The position numbers and the translations under genes are program-made. Below, in pieces: positions 9,939 through 18,609 of a stretch of 51,239 nt of DNA (positions are counted from its first letter, which is position 1; each line of letters begins with the position of its first letter). The notes beneath the pieces were generated by a model. That model was not told where the DNA came from. It was given only the letters and a program-made list of their open reading frames with translations, and did not search any database. This DNA is from Betaproteobacteria bacterium (lineage in GTDB: Bacteria; Pseudomonadota; Gammaproteobacteria; Burkholderiales; SG8-41), in NCBI GenBank assembly GCA_031381325.1, contig JANMXV010000074.1, positions 1-51,239 of the forward strand, given 5' to 3'.

Positions 9939-9954
9939 TAAAAACAAATAGTTA
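9939..9954 (-). repeat. Copy B of recurrent 16-mer (exact TAACTATTTGTTTTTA on minus strand), about 165 bp upstream of xsc
   Basis: Plus strand reads TAAAAACAAATAGTTA. Lies in the AT-rich xsc/tauE divergent control region. Confidence 0.8.
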
Positions 9955-10014
9955 AGCGATAGTCAGGCCCTCCGGTTATTCCAGCTACAATGCCCGTTTG
10001 CGGTAGGGTTCTCA

Positions 10015-10782
10015 ATGCCCGGCTTTGAATCTCTGTCTTTGACCCTCGTCATCTGGATCGCTCTTGTGCTGGCCTTTGCGGGCGTAGTTCAAGGCGCGTT
10101 GGGGTTGGGTTTCCCGATGGTGGCTACGCCGATGATTGCTGCACTTACCGATATGCGCACCGCGGTGATTTTGGTGCTGCTGCCTTGTGTGGCCGCTACT
10201 GTTACCAACGTCGTGCGCTCGGGACCGATACTGCCGACGCTGCGGCGATTCTGGTTCATGCCGCTGTGCATGCTGGCCGGCGCGACCGTGGGCGCCAGAC
10301 TGTTTGTGGCACACCCGGCGTTTCCGTATAGCTTGCTGCTGGCCGGCGTGATCATGCTTTACCTTTACCTGGATCACATGGGGCATGCGCAATGGCCCTT
10401 CATCGCGAGGCATCCGGCCTTGTTTGGCGTTTTATTCGCTTTGCTCGCCGGGCTTTCGGAAGGCACCGCGAACATCGCTGCGCCGCCGCTCTTGATGTAC
10501 CTGTTTTCGCTGCGCGTGGATCGCATGGCCTTTGTGCAAGTGCTGAACCTGTGTTTTTCCGTCGGCAAGCCCGCGCAACTGGTGGTGCTCAGCATAGAAG
10601 GCGGCGTGACGCTGACACAATGGATGGCAACCCTGCCCTTTGCCGCTATCGCGGCTGCGACCACGCTGGTCGGCATACGGAGTCGCGAGCACATCGATGC
10701 CGCGACTTACCGGCGCTGGCTGTTACGGCTGCTGTTTGTGATCGCGTTGGTGCTAGTCATTCAATATGCTTTTGGCGCTTAA
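10015..10782 (+). CDS. TauE/SafE (TSUP) family membrane exporter, putative sulfite exporter
   Basis: 255 aa, about 7-8 hydrophobic helices, GALGLGFPMVATPMIA-type motif. Divergent from the Xsc-like gene. Confidence 0.65.
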   Translation: MPGFESLSLTLVIWIALVLAFAGVVQGALGLGFPMVATPMIAALTDMRTAVILVLLPCVAATVTNVVRSGPILPTLRRFWFMPLCMLAGATVGARLFVAHPAFPYSLLLAGVIMLYLYLDHMGHAQWPFIARHPALFGVLFALLAGLSEGTANIAAPPLLMYLFSLRVDRMAFVQVLNLCFSVGKPAQLVVLSIEGGVTLTQWMATLPFAAIAAATTLVGIRSREHIDAATYRRWLLRLLFVIALVLVIQYAFGA

Positions 10783-10805
10783 CCTATTCGCGCAATGCGC
10801 GAATT

Positions 10806-10841
10806 CTCAAAGGAGATGGCAACGCTCAAAGGAGATGGCAA
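10806..10841 (+). repeat. Tandem duplication of the 17-mer CTCAAAGGAGATGGCAA (period 19 bp)
   Basis: Copies at 10806-10822 and 10825-10841, in the tauE/grxD convergent spacer. Confidence 0.8.
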
Positions 10842-10925
10842 GGAGAAAATTAATCGCTCAACGGTTGTCTGCGGCGGTATGCCTTGCGTTAGCGGCCAGC
10901 GCGCAAGGCGCAATGCACCAATGGG

Positions 10926-10952
10926 AAAGGGCCATGTCACCATGGCCCTTTT
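10926..10952. terminator. Bidirectional intrinsic terminator between tauE-like gene and grxD
   Basis: AAAGGGCCATG-TCAC-CATGGCCCTTT perfect 11-bp stem, flanked by A and T runs. Confidence 0.75.
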
Positions 10953-10974
10953 GCTCGCTGCCTTGATACGCGCA

Positions 10975-11280
10975 CTACTTCAGGATCTTTTGCAGCTCGC
11001 CGTTTTGGTACATCTCGGTCACGATGTCGGAGCCGCCAACGAATTCGCCGTTGACGTAAAGCTGCGGAATCGTCGGCCAGTTGGAAAACGCCTTGATGCC
11101 CTGACGGATTTCCGGGTTCTCCAGCACGTTGACCGAGCCGATGTCCTCGACGCCGCACTCCCGCAGAATGTTTATCGCGTTGGCCGAAAAGCCGCACTGC
11201 GGAAAATCCGGCGAGCCTTTCATGTACAGCATGACCTTGTTCTTGCTGATCTGCGCTTTGATATCTTCTTGAATACTCAT
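10975..11280 (-). CDS. grxD: Monothiol (Grx4-type) glutaredoxin
   Basis: MSIQEDIKAQISKNKVMLYMKGSPDFPQCGFS (CGFS active site). ORF trimmed to the ATG at 11280, with GGAGA 7 nt upstream. Confidence 0.9.
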   Translation of the reverse strand: MSIQEDIKAQISKNKVMLYMKGSPDFPQCGFSANAINILRECGVEDIGSVNVLENPEIRQGIKAFSNWPTIPQLYVNGEFVGGSDIVTEMYQNGELQKILK

Positions 11281-11363
11281 GGTTTTCTCCAAATCCTGTT
11301 CCGGGAAATTTATATCCGACAAGTTCAATAGGGTATTAGTTTACCGGTACTCGGCGCATGGCG

Positions 11364-11687
11364 TCAAACTAGTCCAAGTTGAATCTTGATGGCGCGCTCG
11401 AGGCCAAGCATTTCCGCTGGGGATACCTTGCCGATCCGCTTTTTGAGCCGCTGCTTGTCCGCCGTCATGATCTGATCCGCCATCGCTTTGCCATGGGCTC
11501 CTTTGACCTCGATCCGGGATTCGAATACGTAGAGCTTGGTGGTATTGCTGGTCACGGGAACTACCTGCACGCGGTGCATGGCCCCGTTGGATGCATCGTT
11601 GCTGACAATGACCACCGGTCGGATCTTCTTGATTTCGGAGCCTGTGGCGGGCTCGAAATCCACCCACCAGACCTCACCGCGTTTCAT
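11364..11687 (-). CDS. mazF: MazF/PemK-family type II toxin (mRNA interferase)
   Basis: 107 aa. MKRGEVWWVDFEPATGSEIKKIRPVVIVSND...VVPVTS is the typical PemK/MazF N-terminal pattern. Confidence 0.85.
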   Translation of the reverse strand: MKRGEVWWVDFEPATGSEIKKIRPVVIVSNDASNGAMHRVQVVPVTSNTTKLYVFESRIEVKGAHGKAMADQIMTADKQRLKKRIGKVSPAEMLGLERAIKIQLGLV

Positions 11688-11901
11688 CGACGTGCCCAGT
11701 CAGACCCTCCGTCCAGGCCCGCGCTTCGTGCTCTCGTGCTGCATCCCGTGCCGCCTCGCGGTACTGAGCGCCAAGATCCTTCTGCGCGACATGCGGGCGG
11801 GCGAGATTTTCAATGAACTTGCTGATGCTGCCGCGTCCTACGACCCGGTGCAGGCCTTCGTATACCGAGTCTTCGATCAAAATGGTAAGTTTTCTGCTCA
11901 T
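11674..11901 (-). CDS. Putative cognate antitoxin (RHH-like)
   Basis: 75 aa from the internal ATG of ORF 11674..12081: MSRKLTILIEDSVYEGLHRVVGRGSISKFIENL. Overlaps the toxin start by 14 nt. The longer ORF would run into prmC. Confidence 0.6.
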   Translation of the reverse strand: MSRKLTILIEDSVYEGLHRVVGRGSISKFIENLARPHVAQKDLGAQYREAARDAAREHEARAWTEGLTGHVDETR

Positions 11902-11939
11902 CGCCGACTTCTGCAATTGACACATATGATTATAGGTAT

Positions 11940-12800
11940 CTAGCCCTCTCGTGTCATCCTGGCGCCGGCCTTCACGATAGCGCCGGTGCCGTTCCGTCCG
12001 CCCGTAATACGCTCGATACCCGCGATGTCGCGCCACGATTGCACCTGGGTAAATCCCGCGGCGGCAAGCAGGGCGCGGCAACCTTCGGACTGGTCGTAGC
12101 CATGCTCAAGCAAAAGCGATCCACCCCGTTCGAGATGCCCAGGCGCGTCTGCAACGATCGCCCGTATGCAGTCCAACCCGTCAGTGCCCGCAGCGAGCGC
12201 CGCCATCGGCTCGAAACGCAGATCACCCTGTGCGAGGTGCGCATTACCCGCAGCTACATACGGCGGGTTGGACACGATGACATCGAACCGTTCGCCCTTT
12301 ATAGCGCTGAACCAATCACCCGCTCTGAATTCGATGTTGCTCGCGCTCAATCGCTGCGCATTCTTCATTGCAACGTACAGCGCCGCTTCGGACCTGTCGG
12401 TGGCAGTCACGTGCGCCGTACTGCGTTCCAGCGCGATGCAGATGGCGATGCAACCGCTGCCGGTACCCAGATCAAGCACACGGCGTGGTTCGTCGCGTGG
12501 CAAGCGTTGCAGCGCCAATTCGACCAGCAACTCGGTTTCGGGGCGCGGAATCAGCACGGTAGAAGACACCGCGAATACGCGTCCATAGAACTCGCGTTCA
12601 CCCACGATGTATGCCACCGGCTCGCCGCACGCACGGCGCGCGGCAACCACGCGAAATTGTGTTTCGTGTTGTGCGCTAACTTCGTCGCCGGCGTGTGCGA
12701 TGAGATACGCATCGTTCTCGCCCAGCACAGTGCGCAGCAACACGCGTGCATCAACAGCGGCGATTCCGCTGTTTCGCATCAACTGAGCGATAGATACCAT
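11940..12800 (-). CDS. prmC: Release-factor glutamine N5-methyltransferase
   Basis: 286 aa. VLDLGTGSGCIAI SAM motif and VSNPPYV catalytic motif. Near prfA. Confidence 0.9.
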   Translation of the reverse strand: MVSIAQLMRNSGIAAVDARVLLRTVLGENDAYLIAHAGDEVSAQHETQFRVVAARRACGEPVAYIVGEREFYGRVFAVSSTVLIPRPETELLVELALQRLPRDEPRRVLDLGTGSGCIAICIALERSTAHVTATDRSEAALYVAMKNAQRLSASNIEFRAGDWFSAIKGERFDVIVSNPPYVAAGNAHLAQGDLRFEPMAALAAGTDGLDCIRAIVADAPGHLERGGSLLLEHGYDQSEGCRALLAAAGFTQVQSWRDIAGIERITGGRNGTGAIVKAGARMTREG

Positions 12801-12818
12801 AAGTATTTTGTTTGCATA

Positions 12819-13688
12819 TTATGCGATCAATAATATCACCACGCCGCTCACCATGAGGGCCACACCGCCGATCAGGCGCGCGCTCAAGCGTTCTTCACGC
12901 AGAACGATGGCGTTGAGCGCCAGCGTAAACAGCGGGTAGGTTGCCGCGATGGGCGATACGACGCTCACTGCGCCGCCATCGAGCGCGGTGTAAAGTGCCA
13001 GTACGGCGGCGCTATTAAACAACCCCGTCAGCACAAACCACAGGATGCCGCGCCGCGTGTATACGCGCGATGCCGCTCGACGGCTGAGCGCCGCGATGAT
13101 CCAGATTGCAGCCGCCGACACCGAATAGCCGAGCAGCACCGCCGCATACGGATTGGGCCACAGCAACAAGCCCGCTTTGGCTATCACTTGCGCGAGTGCG
13201 CGCAATGCCGCTGCGAACCATGATACCGACGATGCCCATGCGGCGCCTTGCCCGTTAGCAGCACCGGCACTGCGGACACCGCTGCGCCACACCAGCACCG
13301 TTGATCCCGCCACGATGGCCAGTGTCGCGGCGATCTGCGTAGGACCCAGCGACTCACCGAGAAACAGCGCCGCGCCCAGCACGGCGAATAATGGCGCGGT
13401 GCTGCCGATGGCGCCGGCGATAGTCGGCCCCATGCGCCGGTTGGCCTCGTAGGCGAGCAGCGTAACCGCCACCGGAAAAAACAGTCCGAGCGCGAGAAAC
13501 ACGCCTGCACCCTGCGTGTTCCACCCGGTGAGGCCGCGCAGCGGAAGCAGCAGCCACAGCAATGCAGCCGCCGAGGGAATACTGACCTTCGCGCCGGCAA
13601 GCGCATCCATGTGCCGCAGGCCGAATTGCGTGGTGACCAAGGCCGCGCCGAACAGGGCCGCGGCGATGAGAGCGTATGCCGCGGCCAT
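12819..13688 (-). CDS. EamA/DMT-family transporter
   Basis: 289 aa, about 10 hydrophobic helices in a two-half EamA-like layout. Confidence 0.7.
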   Translation of the reverse strand: MAAAYALIAAALFGAALVTTQFGLRHMDALAGAKVSIPSAAALLWLLLPLRGLTGWNTQGAGVFLALGLFFPVAVTLLAYEANRRMGPTIAGAIGSTAPLFAVLGAALFLGESLGPTQIAATLAIVAGSTVLVWRSGVRSAGAANGQGAAWASSVSWFAAALRALAQVIAKAGLLLWPNPYAAVLLGYSVSAAAIWIIAALSRRAASRVYTRRGILWFVLTGLFNSAAVLALYTALDGGAVSVVSPIAATYPLFTLALNAIVLREERLSARLIGGVALMVSGVVILLIA

Positions 13689-13720
13689 CGGGGTGCGGAA
13701 TCCTTACGCGGACGGCACGA

Positions 13721-14812
13721 TTACGCCGGTTGCATTTCTTCAGCGAGCTGCGCCAGTTGTTCGGCCTGATGCTCGGCGGCCAGTGCGCCGGTGACGTCAT
13801 CGATATCGCCATCCATGATCTGCGCGATCTTGTAGAGCGTTAAGTTGATGCGATGATCGGTGACGCGTCCCTGCGGAAAGTTATAGGTGCGGATGCGCTC
13901 GGAGCGGTCGCCGCTGCCCACCAGCGATTTGCGCTCGGCGGCGATTTTTGAATTTTGTTCGCGCACCTGTTTGTCTTTAATGCGCGCGGCGAGCACCGAC
14001 ATCGCACGCGCGCGGTTTTTGTGCTGCGAACGGTCATCCTGGCACTCGACCACGGTGCCGGTGGGCAAGTGCGTAATGCGAATCGCTGAATCCGTTTTGT
14101 TGATGTGCTGGCCGCCCGCGCCCGACGAACGAAAGGTGTCGATCTTCAGATCAGCGGGATTCAACACCACGTCGCTCACCTCATCGACTTCCGCCAGCAC
14201 CGCCACGGTGCAGGCCGAGGTATGCACACGCCCCTGCGTTTCGGTCACCGGCACGCGCTGCACGCGATGCGCCCCTGACTCAAATTTGAGTTTGGAATAC
14301 GCGCCGCGACCGATGATCTTCGCAATGATTTCGCGGTAACCGCCGAGGTCGGACGTGCTCTGCGACATGATCTCAATCTGCCAGCGGTTGCGCTCGGCAT
14401 AGCGGCAGTACATGCGAAACAGTTCGCCCGCGAACAATGCCGATTCATCGCCACCGGTGCCCGCGCGAATCTCCAAAAAGATATTGCGTTCGTCGCTGGA
14501 GTCGCGCGGAAGCAGTTGTTTTTGAAGATCATTTTCAAGCTGATCAAGGCGCGCGCGGATCTCAGTTTTTTCGGTTTCAGCGAATTCGCGCATCTGCGGA
14601 TCAGCGGCCATTTCCTCGGCGGCTTTGAAGTCGCCTTCACTCTTTTCGTATTCTCGATACAGCGCCACCACCGGGCCGATCTCCGCGCTTTCGCGCGTGA
14701 GCTTGCGGTAGTTGTCGAGATTGCTGGTGACGTCTTCCGAACTCAGCGTGCGATTGATTTCTTCGAGCCGCCGCGAAAGCTGTGCGAGTTTCGCGGCTAT
14801 GCTTTGCTTCAT
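13721..14812 (-). CDS. prfA: Peptide chain release factor 1
   Basis: [20 protein letters not shown] (GGQ), [15 protein letters not shown] at 14812 (MKQSIAAKL) preferred over the TTG at 14818 that overlaps the hemA stop. Confidence 0.95.
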   Translation of the reverse strand: MKQSIAAKLAQLSRRLEEINRTLSSEDVTSNLDNYRKLTRESAEIGPVVALYREYEKSEGDFKAAEEMAADPQMREFAETEKTEIRARLDQLENDLQKQLLPRDSSDERNIFLEIRAGTGGDESALFAGELFRMYCRYAERNRWQIEIMSQSTSDLGGYREIIAKIIGRGAYSKLKFESGAHRVQRVPVTETQGRVHTSACTVAVLAEVDEVSDVVLNPADLKIDTFRSSGAGGQHINKTDSAIRITHLPTGTVVECQDDRSQHKNRARAMSVLAARIKDKQVREQNSKIAAERKSLVGSGDRSERIRTYNFPQGRVTDHRINLTLYKIAQIMDGDIDDVTGALAAEHQAEQLAQLAEEMQPA

Positions 14813-14814
14813 TG

Positions 14815-16068
14815 TCAATCTTGCCGCGGTATCTGGTAAAGCCGCGTCAACATTGCGGTGAGTTCCGTGCGCTCGGCTTCGCTCGCATGATTGAGTGCAT
14901 GCGTCGGCGGATGCATCAGCTTGTTGGTCAACGCTTGCGATAGCGCCTCAATCACGCGCCGCGGGTCTTCGCCGGTATTCAATTTGCGCAGCGCGCGTTC
15001 GACTTCATTGCGGCGCGCGCGCTCGGCGCTATCGCGCAGCGCGCGTATGGTCGGCACCAACTCGCGATTGCCCAGCCAATGCATGAAGCCGGTGACCTGA
15101 TTTTCGATGATGACTTCGGCCTGTTCAACTGCGTCCTGGCGCTGGGCCTTGCCCGCGTTGGCGATTTTGCCGAGATCATCAACGGTGTAGAGAAACACGT
15201 CATCGAGTTTGCCGACTTCACTTTCGATATCGCGCGGTAGCGCGAGGTCAAACATCATCATCGGGCGATGTTTACGCGCGGCAAGCGCGCTTTCGACGAT
15301 GCCCTTGCCGATGATCGGCAACGGACTTGCCGTGCAGCACACCACAATATCGTGCAGCGCGAGCTGCGCTGGTACATCGTTAAGCGAAATAACCCGCCCC
15401 AGAAAACGATCAGCCAGGTGCTGCGCGCGTGCGTCGGTGCGGTTGGCGAAGGTCAGGCGCTTGGGGTGGTGCGCGGCGAAGTGGCTGGCGCAGAGTTCGA
15501 TCATTTCGCCCGCGCCGACGAAAAGAATCGCCTGCTCGGCGATGCTTGGATAGATGCGTTCGGCCAGATGTACGGCAGCCGACGCCATCGACACCGTACT
15601 GGCGCCGATGTCGGTCTCGCTGCGCACGCTTTTCGCCACCGCGAAGGTGCGTTGAAACAGTTTGTTGAGCAGCAGGCCCAGGGTGCCGGCGGTTTCAGCG
15701 GCGCGCACTGCATCTTTGAACTGGCCGAGTATCTGCGGCTCGCCGACCACCATCGAATCGAGTCCGCTGGCGACGCGAAACGCATGCTTGACGGCACGCG
15801 CCTGCGGCAACTTGTAAAGATAAGGCTCGATCTGTTGCGGCTTAAGTTGATGGTAGGCCGCCAGCCATTCAACCGCGGTGCGCGGCTCTTCGGCGTGACA
15901 ATAAATCTCGGTGCGATTGCAGGTCGAGACAATCGCCGCTTCCTGCACCAGCCGCCGCGCCACCAGATCATTCAGCGCCCCCACCAAACGCTCGGCGTGA
16001 AAAACCACCTGCTCGCGTATGTTCAGCGGAGCGGTGTGGTGGTTCAAGCCTATGGCGTACAGTTGCAT
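14815..16068 (-). CDS. hemA: Glutamyl-tRNA reductase
   Basis: [30 protein letters not shown] active-site Cys motif. 417 aa. Confidence 0.95.
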   Translation of the reverse strand: MQLYAIGLNHHTAPLNIREQVVFHAERLVGALNDLVARRLVQEAAIVSTCNRTEIYCHAEEPRTAVEWLAAYHQLKPQQIEPYLYKLPQARAVKHAFRVASGLDSMVVGEPQILGQFKDAVRAAETAGTLGLLLNKLFQRTFAVAKSVRSETDIGASTVSMASAAVHLAERIYPSIAEQAILFVGAGEMIELCASHFAAHHPKRLTFANRTDARAQHLADRFLGRVISLNDVPAQLALHDIVVCCTASPLPIIGKGIVESALAARKHRPMMMFDLALPRDIESEVGKLDDVFLYTVDDLGKIANAGKAQRQDAVEQAEVIIENQVTGFMHWLGNRELVPTIRALRDSAERARRNEVERALRKLNTGEDPRRVIEALSQALTNKLMHPPTHALNHASEAERTELTAMLTRLYQIPRQD

Positions 16069-16289
16069 CGCGGCAGCCGTTCAAAAAGGCGTCTATTTTA
16101 CCGTACCGCCCTGGCCCGAGAAACCGGAAATAACGGATTTACAAGGCTTTTTTTGAAAGTTTGGCAAGGTGCGGCAGCGCCACATTGATGCAAATCAAGA
16201 AAGCGTTCGTTTAGTGATTAAAGGTACGGGCGTGCAAATAGTTATGCACACCTATTGACGGCGACCGAAGAAAGGTGTCAACTGAAAAC

Positions 16290-16657
16290 ACTTCGGTGAT
16301 TCGGCTTGGGATGGATTCTCAGACTAACGACTGATCCGGTTGCTGCACATGTTTCGCTGTTGTGCGCGCCCCGTGTTAGGGGTGTACCTGATGCGAACGG
16401 GCGGCGACCACCCTCAACACGATGTTTGAGGATTATTCCGAGCCGGGTACCCGGGGCTGACACCAGAGCATGCAACTGGGGTCAGGCGTAGCGTGACTTC
16501 CCAAATGGAAAGGCTATCTATCGATGAAAATTCCGAAAGCGCTAATCTGAAGCCGGCAAAGTTAGTCCGGCATACGTCACGGTGACGTGACGAAATGAAG
16601 CCACCACTTAGTGGCAAAGCTGTGAAGCCCCGCGAGATTTTCGCGGGGCTTTGCGTT
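16290..16657 (+). ncRNA. Candidate structured non-coding RNA, class unknown
   Basis: No credible ORF. TTGACG-17nt-TCAACT at 16255-16283. Chain of hairpins (16369-16382, 16412-16431, 16441-16458, 16457-16485, 16552-16571, 16600-16615). Ends in an intrinsic terminator. The 5' end is a guess. Confidence 0.4.
16627..16657 (+). terminator. Rho-independent terminator
   Basis: GCCCCGCGA-GATTT-TCGCGGGGC (9-bp GC-rich stem) followed by TTTGCGTTTG. Lies about 100 nt upstream of the yajD start. Confidence 0.8.
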
Positions 16658-16760
16658 TGTGGCGTGTGTTTGCGCCGGGCTGGTTTCTCAGTAAATGATT
16701 TCGTCGTAAGCTGACGGCCTGTACCCAATCACCAAGCCAGATAGCAGGCACGAGGCCCCT

Positions 16761-17126
16761 ATGGCGCAAGCAAATGAGCGGCTGGACCAAGTGGTACGAG
16801 AAGCCCGGCGCAACGCCGACAAGCGGGCCGCGGGCTATCGAGCGCAGGCGCTAAAGCTCTTTCCGTGGGTGTGTGGACGATGCGCGCGTAACTTTACGCA
16901 CAGCAATCTTCAACTGCTGGAAGTTCACCACAAGAACAGCAATCACGACGACAATCCCCCGGACGGCAGCAATTGGGAACTCCTCTGCACCTATTGTCAT
17001 GAGCATGAGCATTCCAAGCTGAAAGATGGGGCGGGGCGCACCGATGCAGGAAACGCATCACCCGCTGCCACGTTCAATCCCTTTGCAGAATTGAAGGCCA
17101 TGATGGAGTCCAAGAAGCGGGGCTAG
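16761..17126 (+). CDS. yajD: YajD-family HNH nuclease
   Basis: 121 aa. LFPWVCGRCARNF...LEVHHKNSNHDDNPPDGSNWELLCTYCHEHEHSK...FNPFAELKAMM closely follows the E. coli YajD pattern. Confidence 0.85.
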   Translation: MAQANERLDQVVREARRNADKRAAGYRAQALKLFPWVCGRCARNFTHSNLQLLEVHHKNSNHDDNPPDGSNWELLCTYCHEHEHSKLKDGAGRTDAGNASPAATFNPFAELKAMMESKKRG

Positions 17127-17291
17127 GCTAAGTCATTGCGGGGTGTCTCAGAGGGCGGTGTCTGCCGGGTCTGAAAACGGCCCAAAGCTATCGGGGTTGC
17201 GGATTTTCTGTTTTGTACGACTGTTTTTCGAATCAGCCAACTTCCGGTTTGAGTTGTTTTCAAATACTGGCGTGAGACACCTCCGACCCAC

Positions 17292-17468
17292 TCAAGCCTG
17301 GATTTCCACCATCTCAAAATCCGCTTTGGTCGCGGAGCAATGTGGACAAGTCCAGCCGGCCGGCACGTCTTCCCAGCGCGTGCCCGGTGCGATGCCTTCG
17401 TCGGGTATGCCCGGCGCTTCTTCGTAAACAAAACCGCACAGTATGCACATCCATTTCTTGTCGTTCAT
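17292..17468 (-). CDS. Rubredoxin
   Basis: 58 aa from the internal ATG: MNDKKWMCILCGFVYEE...WTCPHCSATKADFEMV (two CxxC pairs). The upstream 78 aa of the ORF overlaps prpB and was rejected. Confidence 0.85.
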   Translation of the reverse strand: MNDKKWMCILCGFVYEEAPGIPDEGIAPGTRWEDVPAGWTCPHCSATKADFEMVEIQA

Positions 17469-17496
17469 TGCCGCGCCCCGTGCCTCATGTCTCGAT

Positions 17497-18420
17497 TTAT
17501 TTTTTCTTGCCCTGCGCAAACAGCGCATCGAGCTTGTCTTCAAACGCGTGGTAGTCGAGATAATCGTAAAGATCGTCGCGCGATTGCATGGTATCGACAA
17601 CGTTTTTCTGATGACCATCCTTGCGCAGCGCCTGAAAAACCTTGAGCGTCGCCGCATTTGCCGCGCGCCAGCCCGACAGCGGATAGAGCGCCATCGCCAC
17701 ATCCGCGCTCGCCAGTTCCTGCGTCGAAAACAACGGCGTTTTGCCGAACTCGGTGATGTTGGCGAGGATGGGCACTTTCACCGCATCGGCAAATTGTTTG
17801 TACATCGGCAAGTCGGTGATCGCTTCGGGGAAAATCATGTCCGCGCCGGCCTCCACGCATGCACAGGCGCGGTCAATCGCCGCTTGCAGGCCTTCCACCG
17901 CCAGCGAATCGGTACGCGCCATGACCACGAAATTGCTGTCGGTCTTGGCGTCCACTGCGGCCTTGATGCGATCGACCATTTCCTCTTTGCTGACGATCTC
18001 CTTGTTCGGACGATGACCGCAGCGTTTTTGCTGCACCTGATCCTCAATGTGCATCGCGCCCGCGCCGAATTTGATCAGTGATTTCACCGCGCGCGCAATG
18101 TTGAAAGCCCCGCCCCAGCCGGTATCCACGTCCACCAGCAACGGCAGCGAGCACACATCGGTAATGCGCCGGACGTCGATCAACACATCATCCAGTGTGC
18201 TGATGCCCAGGTCGGGCAATCCCAGCGATCCGGCCGCCACGCCGCCGCCTGAAAGGTAAATCGCCTTGAAGCCGGTGCGTTGTGCCATGCGCGCGGCGTA
18301 GGCGTTAATGACGCCGGCGATTTGTAGCGGTTTCTCGGCGGCGACTGCGGCGCGAAAACGCGCACCCGCCGAAGCCGAATGTGTGGCATTGGAGGCATTG
18401 CCGCTGGAAAGATCAGTCAT
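17497..18420 (-). CDS. prpB: 2-methylisocitrate lyase
   Basis: Long near-identical blocks to E. coli PrpB as recalled: [82 protein letters not shown]. Confidence 0.9.
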   Translation of the reverse strand: MTDLSSGNASNATHSASAGARFRAAVAAEKPLQIAGVINAYAARMAQRTGFKAIYLSGGGVAAGSLGLPDLGISTLDDVLIDVRRITDVCSLPLLVDVDTGWGGAFNIARAVKSLIKFGAGAMHIEDQVQQKRCGHRPNKEIVSKEEMVDRIKAAVDAKTDSNFVVMARTDSLAVEGLQAAIDRACACVEAGADMIFPEAITDLPMYKQFADAVKVPILANITEFGKTPLFSTQELASADVAMALYPLSGWRAANAATLKVFQALRKDGHQKNVVDTMQSRDDLYDYLDYHAFEDKLDALFAQGKKK

Positions 18421-18609
18421 GTTCGTGCTCCAGAAAGGGGTCGGAAAAACTGTTTTTCCCTTTAATACAGAATGTCCAATTCACGGACTTAAAGGGTGAA
18501 TAAGAAATATCAAGGACTCGGAAATTAGCGTAATAGCCTTATTTTTGCAAGTAGAGTTATAATCGTGGACTCTAAATTCAACAACCATATTTCGGACTAC
18601 TACACCCTC

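Noticed and set aside
10766-10966. 66-aa ORF with a signal-peptide-like stretch (MARRKLIAQRLSAAVCLALAASAQG) after the 17-mer tandem duplication.
   Set aside because: The SD abuts the ATG with no spacing, and the ORF runs through the terminator hairpin into grxD antisense. No recognisable family.
12801-12830. AGTATTTTGTTTGCATATTATG as a further copy of the recurrent motif.
   Set aside because: Only loosely similar, and it lies on the opposite strand to both flanking genes, unlike all the good copies.
16311-16345. TPP-riboswitch-like string CTCAGA...CTGATCCGG.
   Set aside because: Only a short resemblance. CUGAGA is not matched, there is no pairing partner for the P4 helix, and no thiamine-related gene lies downstream.
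16290-16657. Possible tmRNA, RNase P RNA, SRP RNA or 6S RNA. Note GGGGCTGA at 16453 (a tmRNA-like 5' start) and GCCACCA at 16600.
   Set aside because: There is no T-loop (GGTTCGAATCC-type) before the ACCA and no 3' strand complementary to GGGGCTG. No ANDE..ALAA-type tag frame is present. The GAGGAAAGTCC (RNase P) and GGAAGCAGCC (SRP) cores are also absent. Left as an unclassified candidate.
17292-17702. 136-aa version of the rubredoxin ORF.
   Set aside because: The N-terminal 78 residues are Arg-rich junk overlapping the prpB 3' end. The conserved rubredoxin begins at the internal ATG (17468).
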